Below are positions 1 through 11,713 of a stretch of 64,000 nt of DNA, in pieces. The notes below the pieces were generated by a model. It was not told the origin of the DNA. It did not search any database and saw only the letters and a program-made list of their open reading frames with translations. The stretch spans positions 18,602,001 through 18,666,000 of the forward strand of contig NW_024704742.1 in the NCBI RefSeq assembly GCF_018977255.1, written 5' to 3'. Within the stretch, counting starts at the first letter, position 1, and each line of letters opens with the position of its first letter. This DNA comes from Callorhinchus milii. Lineage: Eukaryota. Made by a program: the position numbers and the translations under genes.

Positions 1-53
1 TTTGCTTGTATTTTAGATGACTTATTCCATTAGAGGTTTTGGGTGTCAAAGTC

Positions 54-409
54 AATAATAATAATAATCCTTGCATTTGATATAGCGCTTTTCTCATATT
101 CTAGATATCTCAAAGCGCTTCGCAGAATATACTGTAAAGTGAATTGACTATATATTTGTGGGCAAAACGCGGCAGCCAATTGTGCACAGCAGTATCTCGC
201 AAACAGTCATGAATTAAGTTACCATATTATTATTGTTTTTTTCTTGAGGGATTTTTATCCCCGGAAAAGTGATCCGGATTCCTACTTACTGCTAGGTAAA
301 CAGAAGCGTGTGGAGTAAGGGAAGTTGCCCAACATTTCACCCTGCTGGGAATAGAACCTAGGTCCCTTGCTTGCAAGGCGAGTACTCTAACCACTGAGCT
401 ACAGGAGTC
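54..409 (-). mobile_element. tRNA-derived SINE, family A (tRNA-Ala-like head, L2-type 3' tail, (ATT)n end), long variant
   Basis: Minus strand reads ctcctgtagctcagtggttagagtactcgccttgcaagcaagggacctaggttctattcc (A/B boxes) and ends agcgctatatcaaatgcaagg(att)n. Many homologous copies in the window. Confidence 0.9.
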
Positions 410-989
410 TGATGTGTATGTGCCTCCTCCACTTCTTGTGCATCAAACCCTCTTTGTTATCTTTGGACATTCATAAATGTTACAGTGTCTCACCCCTTCA
501 AATCCTCACAAGTCACCTCCACTATTTTTTTAGCTTGTCAAGCAAAAACTCCAGACTCTTCATCCATTCCTTGGCCTCCTTCCTTCTACGTTACACTACA
601 GACTACATTACTGTTAATTGAAGAACCTAATTGACAGAAAGGACTTCTTTTGTTGGGAATCTATTCTATGTGTTTTTTCTTGGTCGGCCGGGTGACACAT
701 GAGCAAACCCATCTCAACACCATAGAATCCATATAGCACAGAAGAATATGATTGTGTCTTTGAAAGAGTAATCCGTTGAATCAGATTTACCTGCCTTTTC
801 TCCCTGCAAATTACTCCCTTGTATATATATATATAAACAGTTATTCTTTGAAAGCTTATATGGATTTTATCTTGATCTCTGCACCTGGCAGAGCATTCCA
901 CATCTTTATAATTTTCAGTTTAAAAAAAATTCCTCCTAATCTCCCCATTTGCTACATTACTAACGGTCTTAAATGGGTACCCTCTTTTT

Positions 990-1220
990 TGCTGTGTTAA
1001 AATCCCTCAAAATTTTAAAATCCTTTGTTTAGTCTCCCTTCAACCTTCTTGATTCCAATGAAAGTAAAGCCACTTCCTCTAGTGCGGTATAATACCAGTA
1101 AATCGCTGTACCCTCTCTTAGGTCGTGACATCTTCCTAAAGTGAGGCGATCAAACCTGGACACAATACTTGTAGCTGCAGTGTAACTAACGATTCATGCA
1201 AGTTCAGTACCATTCTTTGA
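990..1220 (-). mobile_element. Old CR1-type LINE ORF2 fragment
   Basis: Minus strand ttcattggaatcaagaaggttgaagggagactaaac...ttttaaaattttgaggg resembles the CR1 motif FSLE.RRLRGDL...FKIL.G. Heavily decayed. Confidence 0.5.
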
Positions 1221-1424
1221 TATTCATAGTGGCAACCATGATACCAGAATATAATGCAGAAATGTTACCTGGATCTTGATTTTACTGTGCTATTAATCCT
1301 CCCCACACTGCTTCAATGTGATTTTGAAGGTAGGATGCCCATTTCTTGCAAGGAGAGAGCAAGGAGCAAAATGAACTGACCAATGCTTAACATCTTAATG
1401 ATGATGCAACGTCTTATAACAACT

Positions 1425-1685
1425 TAAATTACATTTGTATAGTGTCTTTCAACTCAGGAGGATGTCCTAAGGTGCTAGACAGGCAATGATTTGGAGTGGT
1501 GGAGTGCAGGGAGGATAGGAGTAGGAGAGTGGCCGAAGGCACAGTTGAAGAGGAAGGTCTTGAAACGTGTCTTGAAGGAGGCAAGGGAGGGAGCAAGGTA
1601 AAGGGAATGTGGGATGTAGTTCCAAACGGTGGGGGTAGAGAGGCTGAAGGCCTGGTCACTGATGGTGGGGCAGGCTGGATGGGGT
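1425..1685 (-). mobile_element. L2 LINE 3' end fragment
   Basis: ORF 1475..1759(-) contains AFSLSTPTVWNYIPHSLYLAPSLASFKTRFKTFLF (L2 ORF2 C-terminus), followed by the L2 tail. Confidence 0.85.
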
Positions 1686-2029
1686 AGACTTGGAGGAAGC
1701 CAGAAACTGCTTAGCGGAGGGAGCAGACAGTTTGATATAAACTTGCCTTTGTATAGCACTCTTCACGTGGATAGCTTAACAAATGCAGAGTTTGATGCAG
1801 AGCCGGGGGAGAAAGGGGAGCTCCGTGAAATTTTTTTTAAAAAAATTATGTGGTCATATGATTTGTATTCCCAGACTTTTCAATCTGTAACAAAAAGAGC
1901 AGCAGCTGGATGTTTTGGTGGCTTGACAATTTTCGTTAAATGAAGAAATTGCATTTGGAGTTATAGCGATGAAGAACCATTGAATGATTCACTTGTTAAG
2001 TTGTTTCATTCATATTGTATATTAATTAA

Positions 2030-2350
2030 ATAATAAATAATAATAATAATCCTTGCATTTGATATAGCGCTTTTCACGTTGGGAGGACGTCCCAAAGCGC
2101 TTCATAGAACACACGGTAAAGTGAATTGACTGTATATTTGTGGGCAAACGCAGCAGTCAAATGCACACAGCAATGTACCACAAACAGTCGTAGATTGAAA
2201 ATGACCAATTTATTATTGTTTTGTTTTTGGAGGGATTATTATTAGGCGTGTGGAGTAAGAAAACTTGCCCAAGGTTTCACCCTGCCTGGAATTGAACTCA
2301 GGTCTCTCGCTTGCAAAGCGAGTGCTCTAACCACTGAGCTACAGGACTCC
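2030..2350 (-). mobile_element. SINE family A, short variant
   Basis: Head ggagtcctgtagctcagtggttagagcactcgctttgcaagcgagagacctgagttcaattcc, with anticodon arm ctcgc-tttgcaa-gcgag (TGC). (ATT)n tail. Confidence 0.92.
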
Positions 2351-2460
2351 ACATAGTTGAGGAATGCAGTATTAATATTAATTACTCCTGACATTTCTGT
2401 AATTTACTTATTGTCATATTAATGCAATTTTCAAAGTCACATTTGGGCGATGAAGATATA

Positions 2461-2876
2461 TAAACCTGGGCAGCCTAGCTTATCGGTAGGACTGGGAAAG
2501 GCAGACCACTGGGGCAAGGAACCTTCCCATTTACCTCCTGTTAACCCCGCAAGCCAAAGTCCTAATGGGTAGGATGGTCCAAGGTGGACAAGCAGCTGAA
2601 AAAGCTTTGCAGGCAATGCTGTCAATGACAAGCTATGCCGTTTTCACCTGTTAACCTCCAGCAGTACCCCAAAGTACACTTTGGGATCCCAAAACCTGGG
2701 ATCTCTTGCCAGTCTGGCTTAGCACTCTCCGGAATTAGGCAGGCAGGATACACCCTCCAGGGAGAAGGATATTACATTTCATTACATGGGAATTCCATGG
2801 AATTCACAGTTTGGTTTGGATACCCCAAAGTATGGTGATAGGTTCCCACATGCACCAGATACACAGCTGACCAAAA
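2461..2876 (+). mobile_element. Old dispersed repeat, family R (possible RTE-clade 5' region with APE endonuclease remnant)
   Basis: Homologous to 13165..13505(-), 54515..54840(-) and 8235..8295(+), sharing blocks such as tgttaaccc.gcaag.caaag and caatg.caag.tat. The clade assignment is inference from weak peptide similarity. Confidence 0.6.
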
Positions 2877-3945
2877 TAAAATTATACTCAGAGTAAGGTT
2901 TTCCCTTGGAATATACTGATGGTCTAATAAGACTTCACAGCCCATAGTGGCAACCATGATACCACAATATAATGTAGTAATTAGGCACAACTCAGAAATC
3001 CCCCCTTTCCTGACAGCCCCAGCACATTGATCTGAAGGAATCCTGAGTCTAAAGTCCATTTTGGGAGTTAAAATTGGCAGTTCAATGACCTATACCAGGA
3101 AAATAACTGTATCACGTTTCTTATAGGTTTTTTTTTGCAACTTGGACGCTCGCAAATTAGCAGGAGGAGCACCACCGTGATCATGGATTAATGTTGGTAA
3201 TGTATCCTGTAATGGGTTTCTTGTGCTTTTTGCTTTTGCCCATAAAATACACATAGTCACACCACTTTACAGTATTGCTGTGTAGCACCATGGGATGCCT
3301 TGATGATGTGAGAAGGTGCAATATCAAATGCAAGGATTATTATTCAACACTAGGAACAAGTTAAGGAACATAGCAAATGTGACTCCATAAGATTTTGTAA
3401 CATAGGAACAGGCCATTTGACCCATCATCTTCACTGGTGTTTTTTGTCCAGGTTGCAGTCCCTCACTTCTGCTTCTCCCCACACCTTTCCATAAACTTCT
3501 TAAAACCATTTGTGTAAAATTAACTACATAAACCACAGACATGGAGCAATGATCTGATATTCAAACTTGATTTGATTGGCAGCCAATTACGTCATACCTC
3601 TGCGATTCCATACACATTCTTGGGATATGCCAACATTCCAAACAAATCCACATTGATTTAATTTGGCCCCAGACTGCGTTAAACAATCGAGTATTAAGTA
3701 TCATTGTGCGGTGCATTATATTATACAGTGGGAAGAACTGGCACAGACATTTTTGTCAACAAAGTAACATTTTATTTCCACCGTTAACAAAATACATTAA
3801 TTAAAAAAGATAAAATAAAAAGGAAACTGACTGTTATTTCTGCCACCATTTGTGCTTCGTAACAGAGAGTATTAATTACTTAAAAATGGATTTGTCTGGA
3901 CAACACTAATTACTGAAGTATGGTCCTTTGCATTTGATATAATAC

Positions 3946-4048
3946 CACAAAATATACAGTCTATTCACTTTACAGTATATTCTGTGAAGCGCTTTGAAAC
4001 GTCTCGAAGATGTGATAAGGCGCTATATCAAATACAAGGATTATTATT
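3946..4048 (+). mobile_element. SINE family A 3' tail fragment
   Basis: cacaaaatatacagtctattcactttacagtatattctgtgaagcgctttgaaacgtctcgaagatgtgataaggcgctatatcaaat...gattattatt. Confidence 0.85.
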
Positions 4049-4359
4049 ACTTTTCATGTCAGAAAGAAGTCTCAAAACACTTCACGGGAAATACTGTAAA
4101 CGGGAAATACAGTGACTGCATTTTGTAGGTAAACGATAGATGATGATAAAATTTAATAAGACTGTGCAATAATTAATGAAGTATGTCTATTTCTATTCCC
4201 GTCCAATATTGTCCTCCATTCCTGAAAGCACTGACTTTTGCTGGAGTAAAGTTCCTTCAGTACATTATCGAGTGGCCTTTCTTTATGCATGAGCTTATCA
4301 CATGGGCACCAGGAGAGTGTTTGACTAAAGATGATGGAGGGAAAGAGAGAAATCACCAC

Positions 4360-4580
4360 AGCTGAGCCTAATGCTGTCTTTCTCGTTACATCCACACAGT
4401 CAGTGGGGTCATTGGATTGTAATCACAGCAGGTACCTAGCTGATTTGTTATCCCTTCTCTCACCCAGGAATAATGGGTCAATTATATTCCCTATACTGTC
4501 ACCATGCTGAGTTCAGCAAACGTAGCACAGACAGGGAATCAAACCTGCAACCTTCTTAACCTGCACAGCTCGGTTTCACA
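4360..4580 (-). mobile_element. Ancient SINE-like repeat, family G (unassigned)
   Basis: Minus strand aggttgcaggtttgattccctgtctgtgct...gctgaactcagc...atccaatgacccc. Similar decayed copies at about 7290..7430(+), 13830..13975(+), 17440..17560(-) and 24830..24990(-). Confidence 0.5.
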
Positions 4581-4934
4581 ATTATAAGTGGGAGCACATC
4601 TTGCCAATTGTAAGCAGCACAGCATGTCTTCTAAATAACTGCTGTGATCCTCCTTTACCTTTTTGTTGTCTTCTAGATTGATGTCCATGTAAAATTTGCC
4701 TACACAATACAAATACACCTTACAATAAATCCTGTGAAGCACATTGAGATATCCTCCCAAAGTCAAATGCCTATATCAGATCCAAGGATTATTTTATAAA
4801 CTTGCTATTTCTTTTCTGGAAGAGGTCAAGAGCTGCAACAGGAACGGGTGTTAATGCCAGGATGATGGATTCATTGGATTCATTCAAGAAAAAGTTTTAT
4901 TCTGTAATGGGGAGATGACAGTAGGGTGGGCATT

Positions 4935-5362
4935 TGATAGAGTTCAAAATCCTCATCCTCACTTTCAAGGCCTTCTACGACCTTGCTCTTTCCTACCTCT
5001 GTGACCTGCTAATCCCTTATCAACCTGTCCGCTCCTTCCACTCAGCAGGCTTCGGCCTGCCCCATGTCCCCCGCCCGGCCCACCCCACCATCGGCAGTCA
5101 GGCCTTCAGCTTCTCTGATACCTTCTTGAACTCCAACCGACAAGCCCTGCATCTTGCTCCTTTCCTTGCCTCCTTCAAGGCACATCTCAAGACCCTCCTC
5201 TTCGACCGTGCATTCGGCCACCCTCCTATCCCTACTCCCTGCCCTCTGCCTTCCCTGATCCCAAACACTTGCTTGGATCCAAATACCTGACTGACCAGCA
5301 TTTTGGGACATCCTCCCGACGTGAAAGGCGATATGCAAATGTAATTTGTTCTCGGTGTTGTT
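4935..5362 (+). mobile_element. L2 LINE 3' end fragment
   Basis: ORF 4934..5290 reads IEFKILILTFKAFYDLALSYLCDLLIPYQPVRS...FKAHLKTLLF; tail gggacatcctcccgacgtgaaaggcgatatgcaaatgtaatttgtt. Confidence 0.92.
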
Positions 5363-8300
5363 GAATGGTCACCATGCCACCCAACTAACTCTTTTCTGCC
5401 ATGCCAAGATCATCTTCTGTTACCACGGAAATCTGACAATCCAGTGATTTCCTCCCAGTGTCATGGCCAACTGTGTCCCAGGTAAAATTGATCATGACTG
5501 TTTGTGGGACACTGCTGTGAGCAAATTGGCCGCTGCATTAGTTCCTAAATACATAGTACAGTAAACTCCTTTGAAATGCTTTGGGACATCCTGATGACAT
5601 AATGATATACCAAAATATTATCATATTCTTGGAATACATTTGTCACCAGAAATAAATCTGTCCGTTATTAAAACACACAATACGGAAGCTAAAATATGTC
5701 AAACTACATTTTGAATTATACCATAATTTGAGGACAAACACAGACCTGTTTGGCAAATCTATGATTGCACTCTGTCTGGTCAACACAAATGCAGATCACA
5801 AGATGACAGAATTGGTTTGGAAGAAGAAGTCCCTTCGGTCCATCCGATCTCATCCTTCCAGATTCCCCTCTCTAACATCCCCCCTTCACAGCATCAAACT
5901 CTTTTTTTAAACAGAGAGAAAGCCAAGCAATTACACAGCAATGTAATGAATCAATTCACTAGAAGTTGATACAAGATTCCTTTCAGTTACATTTGTCTGT
6001 TCTCTTCAAGGGAAGATTATTAATTGAAATAAGGAATAAAAAAGTATTCTCAAATATTGCTGAATTGGGGTCCCTAAATTGAAAACCAATGGAAATAGCT
6101 AAAAGTAAAGATATGTTCCCAGGTTGTCTGAACAAAACAGCAAGGTATGAGTTTTGTTTTTTTGAACAAAGCAGAGTTGATAAATCAAGAGTCATTAATT
6201 TATACCGCAGCGATGACCAACATTTACATCAGAAACCAAATTAATAGTTCAATGCCATTCAGAACATAATCTATTTGTATGTCTTTTGATGAAACCATTT
6301 TAATGTTTAAGAGTTCCTAATTTTGCATAGACCTTTAATGAAGACTGGTTCAAACACAAAGAGAGTCCAACAGATTGCCCATCATTCATAGGGGCGCTAC
6401 TGAATGTAAAAGAGGATATTTTATTATAGCAACCTAACAAACTGAAGCAACTTGAAGCACATCACAGGCAATTGCTGTCACATTCAATGGTCGGTTTTGT
6501 AAGTAATCGCCACAATCGGTAGTGGCAGCAAGCTCCCATAACAAGCCCCGACAGATGAACGATATAATCAGCATAACTTTATAGAGAAGTAACTAGCCAA
6601 TTAACCAGAAATTGGCTGATACAATAGCACGAGGTGTTGTAAGCTAAGAAAATGACTAATTCACATGACTAATTTAGTAAAATAATACTGTCTCATGAGA
6701 GTACAACTTCAACAACAACTTCACATGGGATAATATCAGTGAACGTTTCATAGAAGCAGGGTTGGACACTTAGATAGGAGAGTGGGGGTAAAATGTGAAT
6801 AAAGTGTGCATTTGTTAAATTGTTGGTCCTATTTAGCAGATTCAATGCGTGCTCTGATTAATCACGTATAAGGGAATATAAGAACATTTCAGACGTAAAC
6901 TCTATCTTGGTTTAACCTTTGAAATGGGAAACTTTTCCAAATTGTAAATAGCAGCAAAAAAGAACACAGTGTATTGGTTTTAAGGAGGCTTGTTCCTTCA
7001 TTAACATTTTAATGAATTCTATTCAAGCTCTTCCTGAACAAGTATAAAAATGTCTTAATTTATCGATGTGACCTCCTAGCAATGCTAGCCCTGCAATTTG
7101 AAATCAATGCTTCATTCAACTGTATTAACCTGTTAAGATGCCACAGTAAATTATGTGCTAGAGATATATATATATTAAAAACTTAAGTTTGCTAAAAAAA
7201 GCTTGGATTTCAATGATTTTTTAATTTAAACAGCTTTGGTTATTTGGTCTGATTTGGTTTGATTTGGAACAGGTTTGATTGTGAGGTGTGAAGACCTACG
7301 ATAGATCCAATCTTAAATCCTTGCTCTGTGTTCAGTGAATAGATCTGAATCAAATCTTTAGTGGGGGCACTGTAATTGGCCTTTGTATGACTGGGCTCAG
7401 AAAGAATCAATTCATCCAAGTTTCCAGTGATTCCTTCTAACTAAGTAGACACCAAAGGCACACAATTCCACTTAGTGTTATCCTTTAAGACCACCTTGCT
7501 TTAGAATTCAGAATCACATACAAATGTGGAAAATTCTTGATTTAAAACTGGCTACCTTAAAATGAGTCAGAATTCACCTTAATGGCCTATCCATGATCAC
7601 AGGTTGATGGGTGAAGATTGCAGTCTTGTAAAGCGTCCTCTGGAATTAGTTCTGGCCTTTAAAAAGAGTGGAGAAAGGGAGAAAAATAGAAGATTGTTTG
7701 AGGTTACATTTTTAGCTTGCAGCTCATCTGAACACTGAATCAAACAACCATTTTGTCTCTTTATTTATTATTATTATTATTTATTTCTGTCAAGGCTCAC
7801 ATCCTAGGATTGCTAAATTACTTGATGGGACCAGCAGAAGTGACAAAGGAAGATAGATTTTTACTTAATTCACAAACTGTCAGAACTCCAGATTTTACAT
7901 ATAATCAGAGTAACAAAAAGCCATTTTGCTGTTTAGGTACTCAATTGGGTGTTAAATTATTGATGCATCCTATCAGCAGCAGTCTTGGCTGAACAGTAAT
8001 CTTTCCTTTTAATGCGAAATAAATGATTGCATTGGGAAATGGCTGAACCAGTACTCCCTAGAATAGCAACCGAGGATATGAGCTCAAGTCCCAAAGTATG
8101 ACTTAAACCTGAACCTTCTGACCTGGAGAATTGCCAACTAAGCGAAACTGACACAGGATTGAAAATGCATTTGTTCTAGTCCATAGGACCAGTCATTTAA
8201 CAGGAATACGCACTTTGCTCACAAGGAATCAACCCACTCAGCTCCTGTCAACCCTGCAAGCCAAAGCTCTAATGGAAGGGTGGTCCTAGCTGCACACAAA

Positions 8301-10281
8301 TTCTCCTCTTGACTACAGCAAGATTCTCTCTCTCTCAGTATCAACCAACTACACTGTTGCAATCAAAAATGTACAAGCTGAGTGATTATTAATATAGGGG
8401 TGAAATAGTTTCACAGGGAATGCATTATAGAATATCTTGAATTTGACCAAATCTTTGCCAAAAATTACCGATAATAAAGGCTAATTTATAGCAATTTTAA
8501 TGGAATTCCTTAATAAGGAAATTCAAAGTACATCAAACCAATTCACGGAAACTCCACGTCAATATTAATCCTATTAAAAAAATCACTGCATATTAAACTA
8601 AATAGTGTTCCACAGCAATTTTGTTTCCTATATTTCCAACCTTGTAGAGTACCATAATAAACTGTGACAGTGTATGACATTTAGCAAGCAGCAAATTTTC
8701 CATTACATAACTTTTCCCAGACATCTTAGTGCAATGGAATGATTTGTGCAAGAGGAGTGTGTGACTGCAGTAGCCTGTCAGCTTAGTTTAAATTGATCTC
8801 AATATCAGATGAATATGCTTTCAAATGGCAATGCATTGCTTCTGCAACTAACAGAGCCGTCAAGCTTTAAATGTCACGCCTGCATGAAATCAAAGAGCCC
8901 TGTTAAGATAGATCAATTCAAAGAACAATCTCATATTATTCAAACTCCCTCTCCACTTTCAAAGCCCACCTCAAGACTTCTCTTTCACTGTAGTTTAGGT
9001 CATCTCTCCCCTCCTCGCCCACTTCAGCTCCACTTCCCTCCCTAGGCTCAGGTGCCCAGGAGGAAGTGTAAAGAAGATGTCCTCCTGACATGAAAGACTA
9101 TATAAATGCAGGTTTATTGTAAACCATCATAAAATCCTGATTATACTTCTGTATCACTGAACTTCAAGGATATCAGATATTTAAACTTAGCCTTGAATGT
9201 AAAAAAGGTAATTTTCAAACACCACAATACAGATTTTTTTCATTGAGAGACTGACGTGAAAAACCATTGTGTAGGGCATTTAAGGATGTTGGAAACAGGA
9301 GGAGAGAAGACATTAAGAATCCAGATTCCAGAGATTCCTTGGCAATTGAATATGAATGTACCCAGATGTGCAGGAGATGGATTCCACCCTCTTTCCTCCC
9401 CCTCTCCAGCATCTCACCGTTCTCAATGCCAATGTGCTGAAGTTAGGTTTGTTTCCCTCGCTACTAAATTGTGGCCCCAGACAATTCAATGTGATCGTGA
9501 CTTCACTAAAATGCAGAGCAAGGCTGCAATTCTGCTAACTGGCAGTCGCAAGATGCAAGGCAGAAGCTGAACCATGTGAACCATGATCTAGCTTCAGGTT
9601 ATTAGCTTCTGCCTCCCTCACAGCAAGGTAATTCATACTAAATTCCTAAGGAATCACTTAATTTAGACCAAAAAAAAGAAAGAAATGTAAATCAAGATGT
9701 AGTTGACAGGTAATGTCAACTTTTGGTCTTAAAAGTCTGTAAATTGTAGAGGGAGGCAAGATTAAGGAAGGTAGGGTGTGCCACATTTTAGGATCCTGGG
9801 AAAGAATCAGAGCAGGAGACAGAATAATCAATCTTGATTTTGATACAGTAAGGATGAAGGGTGGAGGAACAATTAGTGACCAGGAGTTGGGGGAGGCAAA
9901 GTATAATTCACCAAGTGACAGTGTGAAGCTTGTGACCCCTGAGCATAAGGTATCAAGAGTTAGAAACTCCCTGACAGCAGAAAGTAGATCAATTTACAGT
10001 ATCAGCAAAGCAGTAAAAATTGTGTTTATACAAGATGTGTGCCAATAATCAAAATAAGAATTACTTCTCCAAAGTAATGTCGATGGTGAACATAAAAAGG
10101 TAATGCAGGGATTACATTCCACTAGTCAATAAAATGACAGAATTTGGCATCAGGTATTCCTTTTAAGAAATCTCAATAAATATTAATGTATAACACTGTA
10201 TTGCTATGGAAAGTGGCACCAGACATGTTATAATTAAATCACATTGCCATCTGAGTTAACAAAAAACAAGCAGATATTCAT

Positions 10282-10480
10282 ACAAACACAAAAGTCGCTG
10301 GGAACCCGCAGCAGCTCAGGCAGCAACCACGAGTGAACCGTTCTGACGAAAGGTCATAGACCTGAAACATTAACTCATTTTCCTCTCTCCATGGATGCTG
10401 CCTGAGCTGTTGCGTGTTCCCAGCGACTTCTGTGTTTATATCAGATTTCCAGCATCTGCATTACTTTGCCTTTTGTTTAG
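10282..10480 (+). mobile_element. Short fold-back Penelope-like element, family E, with hammerhead-like core and 12-bp TSD
   Basis: Inverted arms at about 10282..10333 and 10388..10439. Loop contains ctgacga-a-aggtc-ata-gacct-gaaac. Flanked by gcagatattcat at 10270..10281 and 10481..10492. Confidence 0.75.
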
Positions 10481-11713
10481 GCAGATATTCATTCTGTTTT
10501 CAACCTGTTACCAAACCCGTCATACTGTACCAGCTGTCACAAATTTACAATAGTCTGGCTTATCTCTAACATGTGACCTCAATAGTCCCTTTCTTGATCA
10601 TTACCAGTTTCAGCTGTACCCAACTTCACCTAACAAGCTTATACTATGGTGTGCGATATTAACATACATAGCTGGAAACAATCAGGTTCAGTCTAACCCA
10701 AACAGTAGAAATGGATCTTCAGGCTCCACTGAAAAAAAGATGGAAATACATCAGCAATCACAAGAGGTCCTTTTCCAATTAAAGAACAAACTTTTTAATT
10801 CTGAAAGCTAAACATATATTCTAGAATGTTACTTATGCATTCACAAACTTTAAAAGTGGTAATCAAAAGAATTAAACACAATCAAGAAAAAAGAATGTTT
10901 TGGTGACAGGCTGTTTTGCTTTTCCTTCACAGTACATAAACAATCAGGCAAATCACTTTTCTCTCTCTCTTCGTTACTTTGCCTAGAAAACACAGAATTG
11001 CTTGACTGTACAGTGTATCTTGTGATCCACTTTGAGATCCCTCCCAGCGTGAAAGGCACTATACCAAGTGTAAGGATTATTATAACCGTGTTCTTATGTT
11101 CCTCCTCTGGCCTCTCCAGATAAACTACTTTTCAGGTGTCTGCATGCCAGAATAAAAGACCTTTGATCTTAACAAATTATTGATTTGAGTTTCAGGGAAG
11201 CTTCAAAAGACTCATTCATTTCAGGGTGTCAAAGAACTTGATCATTATCTTTTTGAACATCTTAATTGAGTGTTTGCACACACAACACTTATCACTCCAC
11301 TTTACCATATATCCTGTGAAGCTCTTTGGGATGTCCTTCTGACATGAAAGGCACTAAAACCAAATGCATGTCATTATTATTATTATTATAAAAACACATT
11401 CATATCCAAGTTTAGACAGTTTGAAACACAATTCACTGGAAGACATAATTGATTCACTACCTTTGACAACTGGCNTTTTTTTACACACATATTATTAGCT
11501 TGACAGCTCCCTCATGGAAAGAATTATCAATGTGTCTAAAAGCTTTACAGGATTTCCAGATTCTATCATGTAGGATTTTATTCTGTGGCAAGTCACAGGT
11601 TTATTTTTGTCATTAACTGCATACTAATTCTTATATGAAAGTCAAGAATAACTTGTAATTTTAAAACGGTCTTTATGTAAGACAGGGTCCAATGATGACC
11701 AGAGAGGAGGAGA

